64,000 nucleotides of DNA from NCBI GenBank assembly GCA_951406725.2, contig OX597828.1, positions 2,046,001-2,110,000 on the forward strand, read 5' to 3'. The DNA is from Octopus vulgaris. Its lineage: Eukaryota. The position numbers and the translations under genes were made by a program. Below, piece by piece: positions 54,460-64,000 of the stretch (position 1 is its first letter; each line of letters begins with the position of its first letter). The notes under the pieces were generated by a model, which was not told the DNA's origin, did no database searches, and worked only from the letters and a program-made list of their open reading frames with translations.

Positions 54460-54769
54460 CCGTGATCACCGTGACCGACCAGGCTATCAGATGTTGCTAC
54501 ACATCGCTGATCACAATGCGCTTCGCATTGTTTTAGCATTAAAATGACGCCACCCCGCTGGCTAAGCGAGCAGGCCAACAGAAGAAAGAGTGAGGGAAAG
54601 TTGTGGCGAAAGAGTACAGCAGGGATCGCCACTACCTCCTGCCGGAGCCGCGTGGAGCTTTAGGTGTTTTCGCTCAAATAAACACTCACAACGCTCGGTC
54701 TGGGAATCGAAACCGCCATCTTACAACCGAGAGTCTACTGCCCTAATCACTGGGCCATTGCGCCTCCAC
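54459..54769 (-). mobile_element. tRNA-derived SINE
   Basis: Minus head tggaggcgcaatggcccagtgattagggc...ggtttcgattccc. Confidence 0.8.
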
Positions 54770-54933
54770 TATACATATATACACACAAATAAGAAAATGG
54801 AGGAACAAATTCATTTCTAACATCAACTTTCATATCATTTATTAATCATATAAATAGGAACATGAAAATTGAACAAAACAATATACATCAATATGCAAAT
54901 TAATAACACCGTAAGAATAATATAAATAAACTG

Positions 54934-55059
54934 CTCCTTACAGCTGTTTCAGCCCATAGATAAAAGCATCTCATTCTGCCTATTTTAGTCAAATGTATTG
55001 AGGTAATAGACTGTTGAAAATGAGGTACTTATATATAACTCAAAGCCTCGTCAGAGATT
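54934..55059 (-). ncRNA. type I hammerhead motif with long loop II insertion
   Basis: tct-CTGACGA-GGCTT-[~85 nt]-GGGCT-GAAA-cagctg-TA-agg: intact core, palindrome ACAGCTGT, GUA triplet. Confidence 0.6.
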
Positions 55060-55300
55060 ATAAAATACAATCATAAAAATACAAATATAAATATGAAACA
55101 AAATACACACACATTTGAATATATATATATATGTATATATACAGACATATATTTTACCTTCACCCATCCAATACAATAAATGAATTAATTGCATTGCAAT
55201 TATAAGCATTTATGTATTTAGTATTTGGGTGCTTCACCAGCAATATATTGGATAACTGATATCCCATAGTGGGTTACCCTCATAACCCCTATCTTACTTT

Positions 55301-55350
<50 letters not shown>

Positions 55351-55442
55351 TTGATTTGATTTTGATTTTTCCAGTTTCAGCTAATGAGCTGTGGCCATGC
55401 TGTGGCACCGCCAATATATCTATATATATATATATTTATATA

Positions 55443-55813
55443 TATGAGTCAAAAATTATCAGCACTTTCACCAAAACTTTCATTAGGCTGACCGCACAGG
55501 TTTCAGTCAGTGTCAATTTGGTGGAACACCCTGCATACACTCTTCCGACTATAGCCTCTCTGGCCTGCTCAGATATCCCTTATGGGGTCGCCGATTTGCT
55601 ACGAACGAAGAAGCACAGGAAGCGGTGTATAAATGATTAAGCGACCAGCCGAAAACCTTCTCTGATGGAATAGGCAAAACTGTGGATCAATGGAAGAGGT
55701 GCATCGAAAAGCAAGGAGACTATGTCGGAAACCGATGTAAATGTTCAATCCTTGCATTTGTTTTAAAAAATTACAGAAACAAGACAGCATAATATTTGTT
55801 ACTTACCCTCGTA
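55443..55813 (+). mobile_element. short mariner-derived remnant
   Basis: Ends tgagtcaaaaattatc and gcataatatttgttacttaccctcgta; the inside resembles a mariner C-terminus (DGIGKTVDQWKRCIEKQGDYV). Confidence 0.6.
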
Positions 55814-56844
55814 TATGGCCGAACGACCCTCCTGAGGTACAATATGTATATATTTGTTTACACACACATCCGCGCGCGCGCGCATAGACATGTATGTATA
55901 TATGTCACAATAACCAGATTGCGTTTTACAAGTAAAAACAAAACAAAACAAAATCAAGAAATAGCACTTATGTATGAGCCGGAACGAATAATATAAATAC
56001 GCTAAAAGAAGGTTGTCTCGCTGTCAACAACTTCAAGATGCCAGCATGGTTGCGTCAACATTTAGTAGAATCCATTTGGAAATAGAAAGTTTATAACGAT
56101 GTATGTACACACATATGACATACATGTCTGCACCTACTTCCACCCAAGAATACATTCGCCCACGACTGGGCTTACTTATATATATATACTTTACATATAT
56201 TTATATTTACAAGCAAATTTATGTTGAAATGTATTGACTGCTTTATGCTAATCATTTGTGTTAGTAATCTATATACATACATATGGATATATATTCATCC
56301 ACATAACTATTTCATAGAACTATACATATATAAAGGTATAGTTTCCATAACACACTTATACACGCACGCATGCACATATAGAGTTTTTATCTATGTTTAT
56401 ATTCAATAAACCATAGACATAAATTCCCATCTGGGTGAAACCACAGTACTATTGAATACCGATATCTTTTTCCATATTACATTGTAAAAGTTTATCAAAT
56501 GTTTAGAGCTCTGATATAAAGTATGCTATAATATCGGAAAGACATTTGGGCGCTGTTATCTTAGTTATAATCAAACGCTATAGTTTAATTTAATACAAAA
56601 CAAAAAGGGTTTCGGCTTGTATCGATTCTCTACTTTGCCTGCTGTGTATTAGAAACGCATATTTTCTGACGGTATTGTTTATAAAATTGCAGTGAATACT
56701 TTTGTGGAGATGAGCAATATTGGCGAGGAAAAAACAAAGTAGTAGATGGTTTTTAATTTCAAGCGGTTAAACAATATCTTGGTTTATGCAATCAATACTT
56801 CATGTGTGGAATTCTGGATACGGAAACTGTGAAGAATCCTGTTG

Positions 56845-57075
56845 TGTATGTATGTGAGTGTGTCTGTATATATGCGTGTGTGTATGTGTGAGTGTGTCTG
56901 TATATATGCGTGTGTGTATGCGTGAGTGTGTCTGTATATATGCGTGCGTGTATGTGTTGGTGTGTATGTATATATGCGTGTGTATGTGTGAGTGTGACTG
57001 TATATATGCGTGTGTGTATTTGTGAGTGTGCCTGTATATATGCGTGTGTGTATATATGCGTGTGTGTATGTGCGC
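56845..57075. repeat. ~34-bp minisatellite (gtgagtgtgtctgtatatatgcgtgtgtgtatgt)n
   Basis: About 6-7 diverging copies next to a SINE fragment. Confidence 0.85.
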
Positions 57076-57540
57076 GCACGTTTATGCTTACCTTCCAAAA
57101 ATACTGTTCTTTCTGTTTGCCTATAACGTAAGTTGGACAAAAACCTTGCAGCTATTATCTCAGCAGGGCTGCATTCTAATGAGTAAAATCAGTAGAATAG
57201 TTTTTAAAGAAACTATAGGATATAACTTCCCTTCCGAGGAAAGAAATGCATAAAGATTATTTTCTTCTACTCTTCAGAAAGCATCTCTGTGCCAGGCTAG
57301 CTTTTGAAATTACTATAGTAGAAAGTCAATATTTCTAAAGTTCACTATAGAATTGCTCGTACATTTTTAATATATTTTCTGTGTGGAAATTTGTATAAGT
57401 ATACATATAAAACATGGTAAATATGCATATATAAATGTCTTTAAGTGCACATGTTTTCTAGGATTAGAATATGTGTGTGTAGGTTGTGTATGTGTTCATG
57501 TAGTATGGTGCATCCTATGTCAAAGTTTGCAATCAATACC

Positions 57541-58182
57541 TATATATTGGGGATATATATTCAGTACCAGGTGTTGATATGTTTGCGTGTATATTATTAC
57601 CAGAGTTGATATAGAGATGAAAAATAGATTCAAGAACTATAAAAATATATTTTATTTACTGGTCGATGATAATACATAATCAAAATGTAGAATCTGGTTG
57701 AATGAAGAATCTATGCAAGAAAATTCAGAGATAGGAGATATAGAAATAACAGCTAAGTGGTGGCTTTCAGTCATGTGGCGTAGAGAAATAGACGGACATA
57801 ACAATGACGTGAATGGCTCAGAGTCTAGTCGACTAAGAAACAAGGAGCAGGGTTAGCAAGCTGTTTTTATTAATGGAACGCTAGACATTCTAGAAACTTC
57901 CAAGAGAAAGGCTAAGCTTCCTGAATAATTAAGAATCACGTCTCATGACACAGATGCTTCGATAAACTTAGACAAGGAGGTTACTCTATTATCTTTCTTG
58001 CAAGGGAGATCATTCAACTATCTAGCTACCGCTACACACCCCCTAGGCAGAGGTAACGGTGTATAATATGAAAATAATAAAAATGTATACATCATAAAAT
58101 GTCAAAAACTGATGAAAACAGAAGGGAATAAATGCAATATTTCAGGTCCAAAGTGAAGAATCAATGTTCAAACTTCTGTAAC

Positions 58183-58222
<40 letters not shown>

Positions 58223-59638
58223 AATATAGATGTAGAGAACATTGTGCATGTCGGGAAACAGAATGCAAGGAAATGCATAGAGAACAGGATTTATTCGTGT
58301 GAGTCCGAATAGCAGTGTCGTTTTGCGTGCGCAGAATGCAGAAAATGCCAGTCAGAGCGTGACTGACGCAGTGTGTGTGCACATGAGTGGCAAAAAACGA
58401 CAGTGACATCCTGACGCGTTGCAAGTAACAGGCAACTTTCTATTTATAACGTGACCATCTAGGGGTCTAATAGAGTTAAATTGTGTCTTACAAGGGTGTG
58501 GTGAGCATGAGAAAGCAACCCAAAAGTATGGTATCTGGTGCATCTGTATAACTGGGTGTATGCATGCAAGTATGTGTGCGAACGTTGAGACAATCTTATA
58601 AATATACAGAATATTCGTAAAAAATATGTACGTAAATAGGATGATGGACTTGCAGTGGTAAAACCGGTGTAAGCCATACACTGAACAAAGCAGGATGTTG
58701 AAATGAGCTGGTTACAAAATGTCGCGAAATGGATACGATGTTGTGTGAAGATTGGCAAATGGTGATCCCAAAATGTGGCGATAGCGAATAGCAATCATGA
58801 CAGGGAACCGAGTTTAAAAGTAATGTACAGAACCATCGAGAAACGTTGACTCAAAGTGCATGCCAAAAGTGCGAGAAAGAAGATACAAACTGACAAAATC
58901 TGATCCAAAAATTCAAACTTCTTGTAATTTCTAAGGAACGGAGCTAAAGAAAAGTGGCGAAGAATGTGGGATGAAAAAGTTGCCGTACAGTTGAAAAAGT
59001 GTCAAGCTTCCTCGTTCTCTGGCCGTGAGAAACGGAGAAATGACTTTTGAAATAGTCAAAAATTCACAACAGCAGTATTAAGCGATAAATATGTGACGAA
59101 ATTGTAAACTTGACGCAAACAGCAGATCAAAAGAACCGAAGTTGGTACGAGGGAGGATCATGGTGGTAAGACAACTCGTCATAGATGTCGAAAGCAGCGA
59201 AAGGAACTGGAAAATAGCTGTCGTAGTTACAAGAAACTGATTTGCTTAGAAATAAACATTGGTAGGAAATTAACTCAGCAAATACGAGTATAAGATTTGA
59301 TTGCCATTTCTAGCAGAAGGTGATGTAAACGACGTTATCAAAGCTCAGGAGTAGTAGTGAGAGTTGATAAATGTACGTCAAAATCTTTCTCACAGTCCAT
59401 ATCCTGAAAGATGAAAAGTAGCTGTAACAGAAGGAGTTTTCTCCCCGGAAAATTGTTTTGCAATATGCCAGATAATGATATTATAACATGGAAACCAGAA
59501 TTAATTGACAAATGTTACTAATTTTGCTGTTAACAAATATTTAAGATTTTTAACGTAGTGGCATAATGATTGGTTATTTTGGTAGCTGGACAAATATTTT
59601 CTTTTGCAAAAGTTTCTATAGTTGGTCGCATATATTTC

Positions 59639-59696
<58 letters not shown>

Positions 59697-60195
59697 CGGG
59701 GTCACCAATTTATATCATGGGAATATATATTCAGTAGCAGGTGTTGGTATGGTTACGTGTATATTACTACCAGAGTTGATATCGAGATGAAGAATAAATT
59801 TAAGAACTATATATTTACTACATGAAAATATATTTTATTTACTGGTCGATGATAATACATAATCAAAATGTAGAATCTGGTTGAATGAAGCAATCTATGC
59901 AAGAAAGTTCAGAGATAGGAAATATAGAAATAACAGCTAAGTGGTGGCTTTCAGTCATGCGGCGTAGAGAAATAGACGGACATAGCAATGACGTGAATGG
60001 CTCAGAGTCTAGTCGACTAAGAAACAAGGAGCAGGGTTAGCAAGCTGTTTTTATTAATGGAACGCTAGACATTCTAGAAACTTCCAAGAGAAAGGCTAAG
60101 CTTCCTGAATAATTAAGAATCACGTCTCATGACACAGATGCTTCGATAAACTTAGACAAGGAGGTTACTCTATAATCTTTCTTGCCACCGCTACA
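57541..60195 (-). mobile_element. non-autonomous LTR retrotransposon with two ~490-bp LTRs, tRNA-Trp PBS and PPT
   Basis: Direct repeats 57541-58036 and ~59711-60195, each starting TGTAGCGG on the minus strand; PBS at 59690-59707; PPT-like AGGGGGTG at 58037-58044. The ~1.7-kb interior has no pol motifs. No clear TSD. Confidence 0.85.
59690..59707 (-). other. primer binding site complementary to the tRNA-Trp 3' end
   Basis: TGGTGACCCCGACGTGAT, 3 nt from the 5' LTR; matches the eukaryotic tRNA-Trp 3' end (atcacgtcggggtcaCCA). Confidence 0.85.
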
Positions 60196-60241
60196 CCCAT
60201 ATGCACGTATTGCTTGAATGATAGTAGCTTATTCATAAATC

Positions 60242-60272
<31 letters not shown>

Positions 60273-60325
60273 ATTACACACACATTATTATATTTACGTA
60301 CTTCTGCCTGCGTCTGCTTGTGTAT

Positions 60326-60382
<57 letters not shown>

Positions 60383-60868
60383 CTTGCGCGCATTAGCATA
60401 ATACTTGCTTGTTAGTCATAGAAGGTATAATAGTTCGTCTTTCTTATGCGACTGCTTGAACTACTAAATGTCAGGCACATCACCTGCTATTATGTTGTCA
60501 ACGCATGATCTATCGTACAATATTTATTTACTGCTAAGCCCCAATAACGTCAACACATCATCACTAATTTGATGAGATTAAAATCTAGAGAATAGCAAAA
60601 TTTCTTGTTAAGTATTCTCTTTGTTGGTTCAGTCTCATGCACAATGTTAATTCTGTAACTCTTACTCTTCCGTCACAACACAAAATATTTATTACATTCT
60701 ACAGAAACAATATCCTGAAATGGAAGAAAATTTATCTTTTAATGTTCATAGGTCCAAACATAGAAAGTTACACACTGCAGCTTCAGAAATAAGTCTTGAA
60801 TCACAAAAAACAACAATCCTCCATTGGAGCACTCAACACAGCTGCTGAATTTCACTTTCCAAAATACC

Positions 60869-61510
60869 ATATTCTTTTCTACTCTAGGCACAAGGCCAGA
60901 AATTTGGGGGGAGGGGGGGCAGTCGGAATTTGAACTCAAAATGTAAAGCAGACGAAATACCTATTTTTTTACTACCCACAATGGGCTAAACACAGAGAGG
61001 ACAAACAAGGACAGGCAAACGGATTAAGTCGATTACATCGACCCCAGTGCGTAACTGGTACTTAATTTATCGACCCTGAAAGGATTAAAGGCAAAGTCGA
61101 CCTCGGCGGAATTTGAACTCAGAACGTAACGGCAGACAAAATACTTATTTCTATTTCTTTACTACCCACAAGGGGTTAAACACAAAGGGGACAAACAAGG
61201 ACAGACACACGGATTAAGTCGATTATATCGACCACAGTGCTTAACTGGTACTTATTTAATCGACTCCGAAAGGGTGAAAGGCAAAGTCGACCTCGGTGGA
61301 ATTTGAACTCAGAACGTAGAGAAAGACAAAATACCGCTAAGCATTTTGCCCATTGTGCTAACGTTTCTGCCAGCTAGCCGCCTTAAATATTCTTTTCTAC
61401 TCTAGGCACAAGGCCCGAAATTTGGGGGGAGGGAGCACTCGATTAGATCGACCCCAGTACGCAACAGGTACTTAATTTATCGACTCCGAAAAGATGAAAG
61501 GCAAAGTCGA
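60869..61510 (-). mobile_element. SINE array: truncated B unit, head + A unit, headless A unit, headless B unit
   Basis: One head at 61382-61335; junctions at (a/g)gtattt(c/t)gtc near 61145 and 60961; ccaaaatacc on both flanks (60859-60868 and 61511-61520). Confidence 0.85.
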
Positions 61511-63424
61511 CCAAAATACCGTATTAAGAAGATAGCGTGTTGCATGTTTTTATTCCTAAAATTCGAAAAGAAGAAAGAAGAATGGCAACAAATAAAACAA
61601 AATCCGAGAACTCAGTTTCAATCTCCGGTCCATTGACCAGATCCGCTCCTTTATTTTGTTTGCTCGTAAGTTTCCTTTCTATTAGTTCAGTGTTTTATAT
61701 ATGTTGAAGAAATGCTGAATTGAACATAACAACCACCAGAAAATGTCTTCGCAGAAACAGAAGTAATTATTGTACATATTTCCAATGATTCCACTCAATT
61801 TGTATTTTTAAGATGTTCGTCTCCATTTAGGCATGGTTTCGAACAATAGGCATGGTTCCGAACAACTTTCCAGCTGCTAAATTTTTCGTTCGTATTTCGC
61901 TCAATCTCCCGAATTATATATCATATGAATGGATGGCTAAAGTGCCAAGGAGTTGGTTTTGCAATCAAGGGGTCTCAAACTGACTCTGTTTACTTTGTTT
62001 TGTTTTTTACTATTTTCTGCATTTACTTGGAAGTTATGTGTTATGTTCCTGGAAACTGGAGATAGCACTTTCTTGAGTCAATTTACATTTCTGCTATTGG
62101 GAGATGTACGAAGTTCACAGGATCGTATTTCATATAGTCTAATATAAAGTATTTGTATTTCATTAAAAGATACAAATATTGATTTCTGATCCAGGCCAAA
62201 GGTGCTGGGTGTGGAAATGAAATGGTGTGATATTCAAGGCTTATACAAGGACAATAACGAAATTTATTGTGGATTCCTAGTTAGAAAATTGGCGAATTGT
62301 ATATGATTTTCACAAATGATAACAAAAACTCATATTTATCTCTCATAAGCAAGACGACATTAATTGCCTAGGTATTCATTTTTGGGGTTTCTGTCTATAG
62401 GGGATTAAACTGTATTAAATTCAAGAAAGGAGTATATTGGAATATTGACACTTACATCTACCTAAGAGCATTATCAACATAAGTGAAATGAAATTGTTAA
62501 AGCTTGAAATGTTCAAGGAATAACCAGCAACGCTTACTGATGCTTTTTGATACTTACATTTTGACTGATACTCTTTCCAAACAATAAAATCAGCAAAAAG
62601 CATATTTATCGAAATCACTACAATGGAAGCTACCTGAAAAATTGATAAACTCGAAGTTTATCCATGATCAAGATTTCTTTCGGGGTATAAAAATAATTGA
62701 ATTTTTCCGTCTATATAATTAAAAATAATTTGATATTTAATTAAATAAATTTAATAACTGAATAATTATTGTACATATTTCAGTTAGAGACCAACTGTTC
62801 ATTAATACTAATAAATCCACATTTATGAGAACGAATACAAGATTATAAAAAATACACAAATTTTAAAGAATATTTAGTGTCTTTTTATTTATAGTTTAAT
62901 TTCTGCCAGAACACGCAATCTCTTTGCCTTCGAACCATTCTCTCCGTTTCGAAAGCCATTCCAACCACCCCACATCCCTACTCCTCTTATTTCCTCTCCT
63001 TTTCATTACATCTACTTCCTCTCTTCTTTTCTTTCTTTCTCCCTAACTCTGCCTCAACTTTTCCCAGCTATAAGTAATCAATGTGTAATATTGTGAATTT
63101 AGTACAATTTTTTTTATCAATAATTCGGAATAAATGGTGAAGGCTATTCTTTTTTTAATGAGATTATAAAATCGAAACATGTCAGGAATTATACCCTCTA
63201 CTTACCGAACAAATGATATTAGTCGCTGATTGTTGTTATGTGTTCTTCACCGCATAATTGTTTGTAGTTAGATTTTTAATATCCCTTGTATAGAATGCTG
63301 ACACTAACAGATTGTAGCATGCTATATTTTATTACGCTAACCGTCAAAGTTACTTCACTGTTATTTCGGTTGTTTTGTCTTTTTTCTCTCTATTTGACGT
63401 CGAGATATAACGATCGATAGCACA

Positions 63425-63730
63425 TTCTCAATCAACATGTGAAATAATTTTATAAATTGTCATGTAGTCGTACATGAAATTTCTCATTCCCTCAGGCACT
63501 TGACAACTCATGAAACACAGGCTATCGACGATATCATTCCAGCCAACCCTGTCCTGGGCCTTGCACTCCAATTGTCCTCTGCTCCATTCAGATCTTCTTA
63601 CTTCATTTTCCACATGTTGCCAGATGTTCTTTGACCTACTTGTCTCCCTTCTATTTCAAAGGGGCTGCCTGGCAACGTTGTGCTAGGGCCTCCTGAGAGC
63701 ATATTTAATCTAGCTTTACTTTTTTCTTTT
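63425..63730 (-). mobile_element. RTE-like LINE 3' fragment
   Basis: ORF 63428..63613 EVRRSEWSRGQLECKAQDRVGWNDIVDSLC, preceded by a ...GRQVGQRTSGN segment. Confidence 0.7.
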
Positions 63731-63780
63731 GAACTTCATTTCACTTTTTGTGATGTGGAGTATTTTTATATTCGTGTACG

Positions 63781-63833
63781 CTGATGAGTGCTAGTTTCCG
63801 TCACGAAAGCCTCTGTTATTCTGTCTGAGGCCA
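63781..63833 (+). ncRNA. hammerhead-like core with long stem III, stem I not found
   Basis: CTGATGA-GTG-ctagtttccgt-CAC-GAAA-GCCTC-tgttattctgtct-GAGGC-ca; U16.1->C. Confidence 0.35.
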
Positions 63834-64000
63834 TCTTCTTTCACTGAAACTCAAGATAGAAAGTTTTAATTTCACTCGACATGACTTATGCAGTGTTCTG
63901 ACGCCCATAGAACCAAAACTGGTTTTGCTCCTAGACGTCAAAAATGTTATTGGTTAAGTATTGAACTTTCTGCTTGAATTGTCATCTTTCATTCTCCATT

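Noticed and set aside
56845-57075. CRISPR-like periodic repeat
   Set aside because: No unique spacers, microsatellite-derived, eukaryotic context.
59690-59707. tRNA-Trp gene
   Set aside because: Only the 3' 18 nt including CCA are present, next to an LTR; it is a PBS. SINE heads with A/B boxes were likewise not called as tRNA genes.
61828-61866. 19-bp tandem duplication taggcatggtt(t/c)cgaacaa; similar case at ~21700-21736
   Set aside because: Ordinary local slippage duplications with no further structure.

Overview
AT-rich, repeat-saturated eukaryotic non-coding DNA. The SINE families and the dense (TA)n/(TATG)n/(TAA)n microsatellites strongly suggest an Octopus/cephalopod genome. I can support no intact host gene: nearly all ORF-track entries are microsatellite translations or decayed transposon pieces. 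The window holds R4/Dong-like RLE LINEs sitting in (TAA)n, RTE fragments, a near full-length Tx1/L1-clade LINE, Penelope-like elements (PLEs), two LTR elements, mariner/Tc1 and Chapaev-like remnants, two non-autonomous Helitrons and many tRNA-derived SINEs. Two patterns stand out. (1) About ten minimal type I hammerhead-ribozyme-like motifs of different sequence families, several with palindromic loop III and core variants, mostly inside tandem or inverted PLE pLTR/retrozyme-like units whose inversion junctions often fall in the ribozyme. (2) A Tx1-clade LINE inserted at GGTATTTCGT inside a SINE that shares its 3' tail; the same motif is the junction of headless tandem SINE arrays, suggesting a self-targeting LINE-SINE pair. 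All structures were read by eye; coordinates of degenerate elements are approximate.
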